This document shows, in pieces, positions 19,109-29,517 of a stretch of DNA of 64,000 nt. Position numbers and translations under genes: made by a program. The DNA comes from a bacterium (GTDB taxonomy: Bacteria > UBA10199 > 2-02-FULL-50-16 > JAJFLM01): contig CBDCFN010000015.1 of the NCBI GenBank assembly GCA_965216315.1, forward strand, positions 384,001 to 448,000, read 5' to 3'. Numbering within the stretch: position 1 is the first letter of the stretch; each line of letters begins with the position of its first letter. The notes beneath the pieces were generated by a model that made no database searches, had not been told where the DNA came from, and was given only the letters and a program-made list of their open reading frames with translations.

Positions 19109-19486
19109 ATGCAACATATTAAGTGGGTCATGGCCGTAGCCATCTTGGGGTCCTGTTTCGTTATTAACGTCCCGTCCGGAGTTGAGGCGCGGTCCGATCT
19201 AGTCGTCGGGAGCGGTGAGCTGAGCGAGGCACAAAAACAAAAAGAGGTCTGCGGGAAGTTACGCGATGAGTGTAAGCAGAGCTGCAAGCGTAATTACGAC
19301 CACGAACTCAACCTCGCGCGTGAAGAGGCCAAGCGCGGTGCGATAGCCACGATCATCTTTGGGGAGTCTGCGGATCCCCAGGTGGAACTCGATGCCGCCC
19401 TGGAAAAATGTAAAGGCAATTGTGATGAGGATTTTACCTGTTGCCTCGAACAGCAGGATCCGCTGGGCTGCTTTTACGGGATCTAA
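19109..19486 (+). CDS. Small secreted Cys-rich protein
   Basis: Signal peptide; CxxxC motifs; RBS ggagg. Confidence 0.75.
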   Translation: MQHIKWVMAVAILGSCFVINVPSGVEARSDLVVGSGELSEAQKQKEVCGKLRDECKQSCKRNYDHELNLAREEAKRGAIATIIFGESADPQVELDAALEKCKGNCDEDFTCCLEQQDPLGCFYGI

Positions 19487-19527
19487 TCGCTACCTAATTA
19501 CGAATTGCTCCATCTGAATAGAGACTT

Positions 19528-20667
19528 TTAGAAACTTCGAACAAAACTGATTCGTGAAGTTATGGGCTTAAAGCCGAGCGTGCGATTTAGGCTGATCATA
19601 CCGGTATTGCTCGACTCATTAGCGACGAGGATAGTTGGAATTCCCTGTTCTTGTGCGTAGGCAATTGTTCGTACTTTGAGGGCGAGTGCAATTTGGCGGC
19701 GGCGGTAAGCCGATTTCACTCCGGTGAGGTGGCTCCAGGCATGTTGCATGACTGCGCGGCCGAGCAGACTGCTCGTGCCGATATAATTCCCTTCGTGAAG
19801 GGCGACAAAGTAGGCGTCGGGTGAGAAGCCTGGGCTTTGAAGAATAACCTTTGAAAAGCTCTCAAAACTCATCTTGAGCGTGCCCTCTGGAAAAGGAGCG
19901 TCACTCAAGAGTTCGTTTTCAAGGTCATAAAGCTTACGGTCGCGTTCCGGATCAGCTGCCAGCTCGCTCATCGATTTGATTTCTATTCCCTCGTTATTCA
20001 ATCGAGTCTCATGTTCTTGATAAGGCGCCAAATTAGCCAGAGCGACGGGCAAAGTCATGACGACGTCACGCATACGCTCTCGGAAACCGCGTTGTTTCAG
20101 AAAGGCGATTCCCGCCGACGATTCCTGGTTCAGAACGACGCGGATGGTTTGAGGATTGAGAACTTGCAGTGCCGTCATGATCGTGGAGAAAAGGCGACTT
20201 CCTATTCCGCGCTTTTGAAATTGCGGGTGAACAAAGATCTTTATTGTGTATTTGTCGGGATGATAAACGATATATGGCTGATCATATTCAGCAAAAGCGA
20301 TGATTTCACCCTCGTGCCTGACGACCCAGCGCTGAAGGCGGCAGCGAGGATCCCGACTCACATCAAAAAAACGGATTTCGTCAGCAGTGAGTGGACGTTC
20401 AGGATAAGCGATATTTTGAAGTACACTGATCGCAGGGGCGTCGATAGGGCGATAGAGTTGGAGCGGATAAGCCCGGTTTCGAACTGCCTGGATTGTGTTT
20501 GTGCGCTGAAAGGCGAGATTGCGTTGATGTTGGGTGGCCAGCAGCGTCGGAGGTCCCTCAAAATGAAAGCTGTCCAGGCGGCGATAAGGACACGCGGTTT
20601 CCACAGGCGGTAACAAGGCCGTCGTGATTCCGAAACCGCTGAGAGAAGTTAGCAGGGGTGAGCTCAT
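19528..20667 (-). CDS. Tandem GNAT acetyltransferase with orphan N-terminal extension
   Basis: VHPQFQKRGIGS and TGVKSAYRRRQIALALK..N..LGF motifs. Confidence 0.85.
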   Translation of the reverse strand: MSSPLLTSLSGFGITTALLPPVETACPYRRLDSFHFEGPPTLLATQHQRNLAFQRTNTIQAVRNRAYPLQLYRPIDAPAISVLQNIAYPERPLTADEIRFFDVSRDPRCRLQRWVVRHEGEIIAFAEYDQPYIVYHPDKYTIKIFVHPQFQKRGIGSRLFSTIMTALQVLNPQTIRVVLNQESSAGIAFLKQRGFRERMRDVVMTLPVALANLAPYQEHETRLNNEGIEIKSMSELAADPERDRKLYDLENELLSDAPFPEGTLKMSFESFSKVILQSPGFSPDAYFVALHEGNYIGTSSLLGRAVMQHAWSHLTGVKSAYRRRQIALALKVRTIAYAQEQGIPTILVANESSNTGMISLNRTLGFKPITSRISFVRSF

Positions 20668-20676
20668 CGTGATGCC

Positions 20677-20703
20677 GTATCGGCTGTTGAAACACAATGT
20701 TGC
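20677..20703 (-). promoter_or_regulatory. sigma28-like promoter
   Basis: GCAAC-N14-GCCGATAC, 9 nt before ATG 20667. Confidence 0.65.
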
Positions 20704-20793
20704 TGAGGCAGAATGACAAGTGTTTACGGGAGTATACGCAGGATTCTCTTTCATTGTAGTTAAGGTAGTGGCGTGGCATAATACAAAAAATAC

Positions 20794-22374
20794 ATGCCGA
20801 AGCTCTGTTTGATTAATCCACCGACCACGACCTCAACGGAGGAGATTTATTTTCCGATGGCCTTAGTGGCCTTGGGCTCGATGTTGAAGGCCGGTCAAAT
20901 ACCTTTTGAACTTATCGATTTTGACCTGGAACTTCAGAACAAGCCGCTCTTGTCGCAATGGCACTATTTTAAAGATTATGCCCTTCGCAGGCTTAAGAAA
21001 ACCGATACGAGGTGTTTCGGGATTTCGAGCATTTGTTCCAACTACCCCGTGTCTCTCTTGCTCGCGAAGGCCATCAAAGAGCGCTGGCCGCGCAGTTGTA
21101 TCATCCTAGGGGGTCCTCAGCCGTCAGCGGTGCCGGAAGAAACCTTGCGGCTCTGCCCCTGGGTCGATGTCATTGTTATTGGTGAGGGAGAATGGACCTG
21201 CGTTGAACTGATGAAAAGTGATTTGAGCGCTGAATCACTGCGTACAATTGCGGGAATTGTCTTTAGGGATGGCGATGAAATTGTGCGAACCGAACGGCGC
21301 CCCTTGATAGAAGACTTGGATACGCTTCCTTTTCCAGATTATAGCTTGGTTCCGCTCAAGGAATATCTGCCGATCACGAATCACGTCGATTTGATTGAGG
21401 CTGGCCGGGGGTGCCCTTTTCTTTGTTCGTTTTGTTCGACGGCCTTAATGTGGGAACGCAAGTTCCGGGTGAAATCTCCGGCGCGCATTCTCGAAGAAAT
21501 GCGCCGGCTCAACGCGGATTACGGTTTGGTTTCGTTCGGGTTGACCCACGACAATTTTACGACCTCGCACCGTCATGTGGCGGCGTTCTGCGAGTACTTT
21601 CGTACGCATAATCACGAACAATTTATCTGGTCAGCCAGTGCGAGGAGTGACACGCTGAACCCGGAACGTATACAGGCCTTGTATGATGCGGGCTGTCGCG
21701 GGCTATTTTTTGGAGTCGATTCCGGTTCAGTCCGCATGCAAAAGGTCATGAAAAAGCAGCTCAACCTTGCGCAATTCAAGGAGCATCACAATATATCGAG
21801 TCATCTCGGTATGTCGTCGATTACGTCGCTGATACTTGGGTTTCCTGAAGAAACAGCGGAGGATGTGGATGCGACGATTCGCTTAGGACTTTGGGCCAAG
21901 CTCAACGGTTCTTCAACGGTCCAGTTTCATCGCTTATCAGTCTTGCCGAGCACGGCCCTCTCCAAGCAGCATCACGGTGCCCTGTTTTTTGATACGCAAA
22001 AGACCTCGTGGGATTTTGACAGGCAATCGCATGAGAGCCGTGAGATCGATCGCCAGATTCGTAAGAGCCCGGAGCTTTTTTCAACCTTTTATACTTTGCC
22101 AACACCTTTGCTCGGATCGATAAACATCGAAGCGTTAGCCTTTTTCTACCATGAACTCGTCAATTTTATGGCCCCGACGCTTGACCATATCTTTATGGTT
22201 ACAGGCTGGAGCACCGTCGAATTGTTTGAATGCTGGTTGCGGTGGAAGGAAAACTACTATCCGAAACGGCGGGTGAGCGGGCCTTTTATTTTTAATACTT
22301 TTGCGGAATTTGTTCGTAAGGAGGTCACACGGAGCGAAGGAAATGGATTCAATATTCAACAGGAGGCGTTATGA
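20794..22374 (+). CDS. B12-binding radical SAM enzyme
   Basis: N-terminal B12 domain (ILGGPQPS, VIGEGE); GRGCPFLCSFC. Confidence 0.92.
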   Translation: MPKLCLINPPTTTSTEEIYFPMALVALGSMLKAGQIPFELIDFDLELQNKPLLSQWHYFKDYALRRLKKTDTRCFGISSICSNYPVSLLLAKAIKERWPRSCIILGGPQPSAVPEETLRLCPWVDVIVIGEGEWTCVELMKSDLSAESLRTIAGIVFRDGDEIVRTERRPLIEDLDTLPFPDYSLVPLKEYLPITNHVDLIEAGRGCPFLCSFCSTALMWERKFRVKSPARILEEMRRLNADYGLVSFGLTHDNFTTSHRHVAAFCEYFRTHNHEQFIWSASARSDTLNPERIQALYDAGCRGLFFGVDSGSVRMQKVMKKQLNLAQFKEHHNISSHLGMSSITSLILGFPEETAEDVDATIRLGLWAKLNGSSTVQFHRLSVLPSTALSKQHHGALFFDTQKTSWDFDRQSHESREIDRQIRKSPELFSTFYTLPTPLLGSINIEALAFFYHELVNFMAPTLDHIFMVTGWSTVELFECWLRWKENYYPKRRVSGPFIFNTFAEFVRKEVTRSEGNGFNIQQEAL

Positions 22375-22880
22375 TTAAGCGAGTGAAAACGAAGGTCTTT
22401 TCCATATTTTCCATCTTAACCGGTTTTCTTATGGGAACGGCGACACAGGCAAAAGCGGCGGATATTTTCTATAAGCCCGCTGCCAAAGCGGATTCGAATG
22501 CTTCAAGGGGTGCGCCGACCATGACCGAGCATGGAGCCCCGATCATGACGGAGCACGGCGCGCCAACTTACCGGGCACTTGGTGCGCCGACCATGACCGA
22601 GCATGGAGCCCCGATCATGACGGAGCACGGTGCGCCAACTTACCGGGCACTTGGTGCGCCGACCATGACGGAGCATGGAGCTCCGACCATGACGGAACAC
22701 GGTGCGCCAATGGTCACTGACTTAGGGCGGACGGAAAGCATACGAGACAGTAATGACGAGGTCGTTGATGTCCCAGCGGAGACGAAGGTTCTTCTGGATA
22801 CCAAAATTCTCCTCGAACGCTTGAGAGGCATTGAAAGTTCTCTTGAGCGGCTGGAGCAAAAAATCGAGCGAGAAAAGTGA
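22371..22880 (+). CDS. Signal-peptide protein with nine 8-aa GAP repeats (putative RiPP precursor or substrate)
   Basis: ATGA overlap with rSAM; AKA-A signal cleavage; GAP(T/I)MTEH and GAPTYRAL repeats; C-terminal coiled coil. Confidence 0.8.
   Translation: MIKRVKTKVFSIFSILTGFLMGTATQAKAADIFYKPAAKADSNASRGAPTMTEHGAPIMTEHGAPTYRALGAPTMTEHGAPIMTEHGAPTYRALGAPTMTEHGAPTMTEHGAPMVTDLGRTESIRDSNDEVVDVPAETKVLLDTKILLERLRGIESSLERLEQKIEREK
22509..22727 (+). repeat. 24-nt x9 coding tandem repeat with 72-nt higher-order unit
   Basis: Directly visible; synonymous variation among units. Confidence 0.95.
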
Positions 22881-22888
22881 GGAATAGA

Positions 22889-23053
22889 ATGATTAAAGAT
22901 CAAGAAGTTAGAAATGAAGAGCGAAGGATGGATGCCGAACGCGAGATTACACAGTATGCGATTCTTCAAGCCCTTGATGCGATTGAAAAGCGAATTGCAG
23001 CTCTCGAGTCTCGGCTAGAGATGAGAGATGGCGCCCAGAATACTAGTCCTTAA
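22889..23053 (+). CDS. Small coiled-coil protein (54 aa, absent from ORF track)
   Basis: RBS gagga; MIKDQEVRNEERRMDAEREITQYAILQALDAIEKRIAALESRLEMRDGAQNTSP. Confidence 0.65.
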   Translation: MIKDQEVRNEERRMDAEREITQYAILQALDAIEKRIAALESRLEMRDGAQNTSP

Positions 23054-24527
23054 TCCGCCCAGCCCCGGCCGCGCGTACCTGAATCGTGATCTCATGGGTG
23101 GCATGGGAGTTCATAACCCGAGGGGCAAGAGCCTGCGGGCGAAACTCTTATTTAAGCTCAAAGGCACGACAATTCACATGCCCGTCATGCAGCTGGTGTA
23201 TGGTGCCACCTTGCTCAAACGAGAGGGCTTTGACGTTCGTGTGATCGATGCCGTGAATGAAGGTCTTCATTTGACGGATGTGCTCAAAAAGGCCGATGAC
23301 TTTGCACCGGACGTGATTTTAATGGCGACGAGCAGCGCCGGTTTTAGGTTTGAACGTGATGAAGTGGCGCGTGGCCTGAAGTCGCTGTGTCCAGAGGTCA
23401 AGATCATTGTCGTCGGTGACATGGTGACGGCCCTGCCGGAACAATTGTTGCCCTGGTTTGACGTGGCGGTCATGGGGGAGGTGGAACAGGCGGTCGTGTC
23501 ACTCTGCCACGGCGATGATTATGAAACAATTCCATCGATCATCTGGCGTGAGGGAGATCGGGTGCATCAGAGTTCGCGCGGTAAGTCGTTTCTGGCGGTT
23601 CGAACACTGGAGACACTGCCGTTCCCGGATTGGAGTCTCTTTCCCTATACGCATTATTCCTATTACCCGCAGCTCAGCCAGGCGCCGGTTGCGTTGATTC
23701 AGGCCTCGCGAGGCTGTCCTTACGAATGTGGTTATTGTCCCTATCCGTCGAATCAGGGGCGGCAATGGCGGGCCCGCAGCGCGGAAAACGTCTATGCCGA
23801 GATTCAGTGGGATCTTGAATTTGGATTCAATGCTTTTTTCTTTCGAGACCCGCTTTTCACGGCGGATCAGGAGCGTGTGGAGGCCTTGTGCGATCTGATC
23901 TTGGGGGATGGCGTCAAGATAGAGTTCGTTTTTGAGACACGGCCTGAACTTTTGACGCGTCCCGGTTTGATCGAGAAGCTAGCGCGTGCGGGATGCCAGG
24001 CGATCAACTTTGGAGTTGAAGACGTTCATCCAGAAATTCTGCGCTCGATTAACCGTCGGCCCGTACCACTCGACCAGATTCGAGCGACGTTGCGCGCCTG
24101 CGAGACGAGTGGGATCAAAACGACCTGTTTCTATATTTTAGGTCTTCCGGGGGCGACAAAAGAGTCGATGAAAGAGACGATCCAATTCAGCCGCGAAGTT
24201 CTGAGTCATTTCGTCGAGTATAAAGTTGCAACGCCGTTTCCCGGCACTTCTCTTTATCACCTTGCAAAGTTGAATGGTTGGATGAAGCGTGAGGGCTTCG
24301 ACCAGCTTGGGGGTTACAGCGCAGCGATGCGCGTATCCGATGAATACGATGAGGGTTATTTAGAGGGCTTAGCGGAGCGTAGTGCCATCGAGTATTACTT
24401 CCATCCACGCTATCTCTATCGTTTTATCCGGCGGGGCGAATTGTTCAAGCTTTTTAAAGTCTATGCTAAGACTCACTTTCAGAGACCGATGCAGTCTCTG
24501 AAGCTCGCGCACGAGCGGTCTCCGTAA
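23028..24527 (+). CDS. B12-binding radical SAM enzyme
   Basis: VLNPP, B12-type N-terminal domain, SRGCPYECGYC, TPFPGT. Confidence 0.92.
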   Translation: MAPRILVLNPPSPGRAYLNRDLMGGMGVHNPRGKSLRAKLLFKLKGTTIHMPVMQLVYGATLLKREGFDVRVIDAVNEGLHLTDVLKKADDFAPDVILMATSSAGFRFERDEVARGLKSLCPEVKIIVVGDMVTALPEQLLPWFDVAVMGEVEQAVVSLCHGDDYETIPSIIWREGDRVHQSSRGKSFLAVRTLETLPFPDWSLFPYTHYSYYPQLSQAPVALIQASRGCPYECGYCPYPSNQGRQWRARSAENVYAEIQWDLEFGFNAFFFRDPLFTADQERVEALCDLILGDGVKIEFVFETRPELLTRPGLIEKLARAGCQAINFGVEDVHPEILRSINRRPVPLDQIRATLRACETSGIKTTCFYILGLPGATKESMKETIQFSREVLSHFVEYKVATPFPGTSLYHLAKLNGWMKREGFDQLGGYSAAMRVSDEYDEGYLEGLAERSAIEYYFHPRYLYRFIRRGELFKLFKVYAKTHFQRPMQSLKLAHERSP

Positions 24528-25221
24528 AGCGCAGGGGTTTGAAGCGATAGAGTAGAATGCACCACAGGGCCTTAAATCCATCCGTTACGCCGATTTTTTT
24601 GCCGTCTTCGTAAGTGCGGCCGTGATAAGCAATGCCGACTTCATATATCCGTGCCTTTAACCGGGCCATCTTACAGGTTATTTCTGGTTCGATCCCGAAG
24701 CGGTCTTCTTCAAGGACGAGCGACTGAATCAACTCGCGACGAAAAATTTTATAACAGGTCTCGATATCGGAGAGGTTGAGGTCGGTGAGGATGTTGCAGA
24801 ACGAAGTAATTACCTTGTTGCCGATATAATGCCAAAACATCAGGGCGCGATGCGCTTGATCGGAAAAAAAACGAGAGCCGTACACGACATCGGCGCGGTC
24901 TTGCTCAAGCGGTTCAAGTAGTTTGGCATAGTCGTTCGGATCGTATTCTAAATCAGCGTCCTGAACGATCACATACTGACCGCGCGCGAGGCGAAAACCG
25001 GTGCGGATCGCTTTGCCTTTGCCGTAGTTGCGCGCGAGGCGAATCACGCGCGTGTTAGTCGATTTGGCTTCGATCTGGCACAGGTGTTCGGGCGTGCGAT
25101 CCGTTGACCCGTCATCAACGATGATCAATTCTTTGTCAATGTCGACGCGCTGCACCTTTTCGACGATCTCACGTATAGTATCTTGTTCGTTATAAACGGG
25201 AATAATGACGGATAGTTTCAC
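24466..25221 (-). CDS. GT2 polyprenol-phosphate glycosyltransferase (DPM1-like)
   Basis: [27 protein letters not shown]. Confidence 0.93.
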   Translation of the reverse strand: MKLSVIIPVYNEQDTIREIVEKVQRVDIDKELIIVDDGSTDRTPEHLCQIEAKSTNTRVIRLARNYGKGKAIRTGFRLARGQYVIVQDADLEYDPNDYAKLLEPLEQDRADVVYGSRFFSDQAHRALMFWHYIGNKVITSFCNILTDLNLSDIETCYKIFRRELIQSLVLEEDRFGIEPEITCKMARLKARIYEVGIAYHGRTYEDGKKIGVTDGFKALWCILLYRFKPLRFTETARARASETASVSESES

Positions 25222-26171
25222 AGCTTACCTGCCAAGAGATCGTCGTAGTATTGAATGGTTCGTTTCAGGCCATCTTCGAGAGTGACCTTGGGATGCCAGT
25301 CGAGTTGGGCCTGCGCCAGGCTAATGTCAGGGCAGCGTTGCGTCGGGTCGTCTTCCGGCAAAGGTTCAAAGACAAGTGCCGATTGAGAGCCCGTGAGATC
25401 CAAGATCAATTGAGCGAGATCGAGTACGCTTATTTCTTGGGGATTACCAAGGTTGACCGGACCAACGAAATCATCATCGCTGTGCATCAATCGGATGAGG
25501 GCATCTATCAAGTCCGTAACGTAACAGAAAGAACGTGTTTGTTCGCCTTTGCCAAAGATCGTGATTGATTCGGCTTTGAGGGCCTGCACGATGAAATTCG
25601 AAACGACGCGGCCGTCATTGAGACTCATGCGAGGACCATAGGTATTAAAGATGCGCGCGACTTTTATCGGTAGCTGGTATTGCCGGTGGTAATCGAAGAA
25701 CAGCGTTTCCGCGCAGCGCTTGCCTTCATCGTAGCAAGCCCTCACGCTGATGGGATTGACATGGCCCCAATAGGACTCATTCTGGGGATGTTCATCGGGG
25801 TCACCGTAAACTTCACTCGTTGAGGCCTGCAATATCTTCGCGTTGAGTCGCTTTGACAAGCCCAGCATGTTGATCGCTCCGTGAACACTAGTCTTTGTCG
25901 TCTGTACCGGACTGCGCTGGTAGTGAGTTGGGGCTGCGGGACAGGCGAGGTTGTAGATCTCGTCGATTTCGACATAGAGAGGGAAACAGATGTCGTGACG
26001 CATCAATTCGAAGTAAGGGTTCGCGATGAGAGTTGCAATATTTCGCTTTGCTCCCGTAAAGAAATTATCAACACAAAGGACTTCGTGACCATCCCGGAGA
26101 AGTTGCTCACACAGATAAGATCCAAGAAAACCGGCGCCCCCGGTGACGAGTATTCGCTTGCTCTGTTTCAT
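25218..26171 (-). CDS. UDP-glucuronate decarboxylase (UDP-xylose synthase) family
   Basis: [38 protein letters not shown]. Confidence 0.93.
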   Translation of the reverse strand: MKQSKRILVTGGAGFLGSYLCEQLLRDGHEVLCVDNFFTGAKRNIATLIANPYFELMRHDICFPLYVEIDEIYNLACPAAPTHYQRSPVQTTKTSVHGAINMLGLSKRLNAKILQASTSEVYGDPDEHPQNESYWGHVNPISVRACYDEGKRCAETLFFDYHRQYQLPIKVARIFNTYGPRMSLNDGRVVSNFIVQALKAESITIFGKGEQTRSFCYVTDLIDALIRLMHSDDDFVGPVNLGNPQEISVLDLAQLILDLTGSQSALVFEPLPEDDPTQRCPDISLAQAQLDWHPKVTLEDGLKRTIQYYDDLLAGKL

Positions 26172-26902
26172 TACCGTATCCGCTTGAAAATTCCTTCAGG
26201 AATGAGTTTAGCGGATTTTGCGATCAACCACCAAAACTTTGGGACGTAAATGCTGTTTTTTTTGCGCTGGATGGCCTTGTAAATGCCTTTCCCGACCCTC
26301 TCCGCGCTCGCAAACAGCGGATTCTTGTTTCGCTCTGCGGTCATGGGCGTGTCGACGTAGCCCGGCTTGATCGTGAGCACATGAACGCCCTCGCGATAAA
26401 GCCTCTTTCTCAAGCCCTCTAAATAAGTGGTCAGTGCCGCCTTTGCGGAGGCGTAGATGTAATTATAACGGAGTCCGCGATCACCGGCGACCGACGTGAT
26501 GACGGCGATTGTGCCGCTACCCTGTGCGCTCAGCCTGTTGGCGAGCGTGGTGAGTAACGAGACGGCACTCAGATAGTTGGTATGGATCTCTTGCTCCGCA
26601 ATGCGAAAGTCACTTTCAGAACGCAATTGATTTCCATAGGAGCCATGGGCGATCAATACCGTGTCAAGCTGCGGGAAGGTCGTAAAAACTTCATTGATGA
26701 GACTTTTATGGCGGTTGAATTCATTTAAATCAGCGATGGCTGTTACGACCGATGCTCCGCGGTCGCGAAGATCCCCAGCGACCTGATTCAATTTATCCGG
26801 GTTACGCGCGATCAAATACAGGGTATCCCCTCGGGCGGCGAAATGTTTGGCGACTTCGTGGGCTATTTTGGAGGTGGCTCCGAGGATGAGACGTGTCGCC
26901 AT
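26171..26902 (-). CDS. SDR, DprE2-like
   Basis: [29 protein letters not shown]. Confidence 0.85.
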   Translation of the reverse strand: MATRLILGATSKIAHEVAKHFAARGDTLYLIARNPDKLNQVAGDLRDRGASVVTAIADLNEFNRHKSLINEVFTTFPQLDTVLIAHGSYGNQLRSESDFRIAEQEIHTNYLSAVSLLTTLANRLSAQGSGTIAVITSVAGDRGLRYNYIYASAKAALTTYLEGLRKRLYREGVHVLTIKPGYVDTPMTAERNKNPLFASAERVGKGIYKAIQRKKNSIYVPKFWWLIAKSAKLIPEGIFKRIR

Positions 26903-26914
26903 AAAAGTATAGTA

Positions 26915-28624
26915 TCAAGGCGTACTCGGTACGGGCAAGAACCAAAGCGCGCGATTAGCGCCATAAACCGCGGTCAAAAAACGCGCGCCACGGTGCTGTC
27001 CCTCGGGCCACTGGGTTCCGCTGATGATGAGAGGTGTCGTGGGAATAAGGTTTTGACTCATTGAAAAGAGGTGAATCTTGGACTCTGGCAATAGAAAGTG
27101 CAATCCTGTTATGAAGGCCGTGCGTCCGGGATAGACGGATGGGGCGTCGACATCAAAGTTGATGTGAGCGGCATAGGGGCCCAGTTCTCGGATCGAAGCG
27201 GCAATCTGGAAATGCCGGGCGAGGTAGTGTCCTTTGGAAAGGATGCGGCGATAGGCATGAGCCGTGCTCAATACGAAGGCCATAGAGACCAGAATGAGTC
27301 CCATCGCATAGGCGCGCTTCGTACTAAGTGCGAGCGTGAACCAGATTCCACAGACGACGAGGGTGCCGACGGCAAAACTCAAACTCGTGGTTCCGTATAA
27401 ATACCATGGTCCTAAGCCAAATAGACTCGAGCCTGGATCATGAACAGCTGGGAACACCTGTACGCCGCGAATTGCATAGAGCAGCGCTGTTATGGCAACG
27501 ATGATCAATGGTACCAGCAAGACTTTTCGCCAGCTACGCGGTTTCATTTCGGTGTAGAGCCCCAACAACGCAATTGCAATAAAGACCGCGATGAAACCTT
27601 CATTATAGCGTCCATAAATAAAATTGACCCATTCCGGGATGATTAAGATGCGCCCGGCCAAGTGTAGATTGGCGGTGAAGAACATGCCCGTGCTGGTAGT
27701 CAGTAGAAATAAGAGGGTATGTGACTCGCTATTGCGAAAGCAGCCTAGCGCTGTTTGTTGTCCGGCCTTCCATAGCGTGCGGATCAGAAAGAAAATCCCG
27801 AAGAGAAAGAGGCCGTAGGTGGCGACGGTCAGGTACCACGTCTGCCCCAGGGCTTCGATGAAGAATTCCCACCAGCCGCTAAGTGTCGATAAAGTTACGA
27901 ATAAATCAGTGACCGAATGTCGAATTGCTCCGACTGCGAAAGCGACGTGCTCATTGATCCATTCGACCATGAAATACCCTCCGAGCAGACAGCTGCACCC
28001 GAGTCCTCCGGTCCAGAGAGAAAGGCGTCGTATAAACATGAGGATAATCAGATGAAGGAAACTCAAGATAATGACGGGAAAGGCCTTGCCATGGGCGGCA
28101 TAGAGCAGGGGCACGATGAGTCCGAAGAGCAGAACCCAACGAATGTTGCCGCGGATGCACAATCGCCAAAAGGTGATGATAGCGCCGGTGTACAAAGGAA
28201 TGAAGAGGTTTTCTGAAAGGGCAAACTGAGCATTGATGATAAAGGCGGGATAGAGTGCCGTGACAAAGGCGATCGCAGCGGCCAACTTAAGCGGCGCTTT
28301 CAGAATGCGATGGATGAGTACCAAGAGAGAAAAATAAATGGTACTCAACAGGCTGGCATTGAATAACAATACGGCTTTGTAGGCCTGCAGTGGATCCGTG
28401 AAAATCCAGAGAAAGGGCGCAATGAGGGCGGGGTAAAGGGAGGGCCTTAGGTATTGACCGGTAAGGTCCGGGATGATGCCAGAGCCGGCAAAGTAGCGCG
28501 CTGTTACCAGGAACGAAAATTCATCTGGAACGACGCTGGGAAACCGGACTTTTAAGCTGAGCGCTGCATGGAACGCGACGAGGGCGAGATACGGGATACA
28601 GTACCAAAGGCGGGACTTAGACAT
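26915..28624 (-). CDS. Polytopic membrane glycosyltransferase (GT-C-like)
   Basis: PDE motif after TM1, LYP, SENL; many TM helices. Confidence 0.65.
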   Translation of the reverse strand: MSKSRLWYCIPYLALVAFHAALSLKVRFPSVVPDEFSFLVTARYFAGSGIIPDLTGQYLRPSLYPALIAPFLWIFTDPLQAYKAVLLFNASLLSTIYFSLLVLIHRILKAPLKLAAAIAFVTALYPAFIINAQFALSENLFIPLYTGAIITFWRLCIRGNIRWVLLFGLIVPLLYAAHGKAFPVIILSFLHLIILMFIRRLSLWTGGLGCSCLLGGYFMVEWINEHVAFAVGAIRHSVTDLFVTLSTLSGWWEFFIEALGQTWYLTVATYGLFLFGIFFLIRTLWKAGQQTALGCFRNSESHTLLFLLTTSTGMFFTANLHLAGRILIIPEWVNFIYGRYNEGFIAVFIAIALLGLYTEMKPRSWRKVLLVPLIIVAITALLYAIRGVQVFPAVHDPGSSLFGLGPWYLYGTTSLSFAVGTLVVCGIWFTLALSTKRAYAMGLILVSMAFVLSTAHAYRRILSKGHYLARHFQIAASIRELGPYAAHINFDVDAPSVYPGRTAFITGLHFLLPESKIHLFSMSQNLIPTTPLIISGTQWPEGQHRGARFLTAVYGANRALWFLPVPSTP

Positions 28625-29471
28625 TCTTCAGTTTGAGAATCGCCGCAGTTTCTTCAACCGTTGCCGGCGCACGGCCGCGTTCCTTGACCTTGGTGACGGC
28701 TGCCGCGACGAGATCGCCGTTACTCGCGGCCATCTCACCACCCGGTAGATAGAAATTGTCTTCCAGGCCGACCCGGATATCGCCGCCAAGCTCCAGGGCC
28801 TCATCGATCAAGGCCCATTGCTCCCGACTAATACCAATTACCTCCCAATGCGAGTTTTCAGGCAGATTCTCCGCCATGCACTTGAGGTTACCGGGCTGAG
28901 CGGGAATGCCTCCCAAGACACCAAGAATCAACGAATAATGAAACGGCGGTTTCAAGAGTTCGAGATCGATAAAGGGCAGGGAGTTGCCGACATGCCCGAC
29001 GTCGAAACACTCGAGTTCGGGTAAGGCAGCTGCGGCGTTGATATGCTCGAGGCAATAGCGAATGTCTTTGAAGGGATTGGCAAAGACGTGATCGTGGTAA
29101 AACTTCTTTTTCTTCGGGCTGTACATCGCGTAGTTCATCGAGCCCATGTTGAGGGCGGCGATCGCGGGTTTGTGGTCCGTGATGTGTTGGACGCGCTCTT
29201 CAATCGGCAGGCCGATACCGCCGCTGGAAAAATTCAAGATGACCGGACAACGTTTTTGGATCTCGGCCTTGATCTCGCCGAAGACCGCGGACTCCCATGA
29301 GGGTCCCCCCTCAGCGGTGCGTGCGTGAATGTGAACGACGGCCGCGCCGGCCTCGTAGGCCCGCTGGGCCTCTTCGGCGATCTCGACGGGTGAATAGGGA
29401 ATCGCCGGGCACTGTTCCTTCTTGGCGAGGACACCGGTGAGCGCACAGGTAATGATACATTTATTTGACAT
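28617..29471 (-). CDS. Beta-keto acid cleavage enzyme (Kce/DUF849)
   Basis: ITCALTG, VHIHAR, RVGLEDN. Confidence 0.92.
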   Translation of the reverse strand: MSNKCIITCALTGVLAKKEQCPAIPYSPVEIAEEAQRAYEAGAAVVHIHARTAEGGPSWESAVFGEIKAEIQKRCPVILNFSSGGIGLPIEERVQHITDHKPAIAALNMGSMNYAMYSPKKKKFYHDHVFANPFKDIRYCLEHINAAAALPELECFDVGHVGNSLPFIDLELLKPPFHYSLILGVLGGIPAQPGNLKCMAENLPENSHWEVIGISREQWALIDEALELGGDIRVGLEDNFYLPGGEMAASNGDLVAAAVTKVKERGRAPATVEETAAILKLKNV

Positions 29472-29484
29472 ATTGTTAGCGATT

Positions 29485-29517
29485 AAATCCCCCTAACCCC
29501 CCTTTACAAAGGGGGGA
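29485..29517. repeat. Family C hairpin repeat
   Basis: aaatccccctaacccccctttacaaagggggga. Confidence 0.75.

Noticed and set aside
22509..22727. Possible CRISPR array
   Set aside because: Contiguous 24-nt coding repeats with no unique spacers and no cas genes
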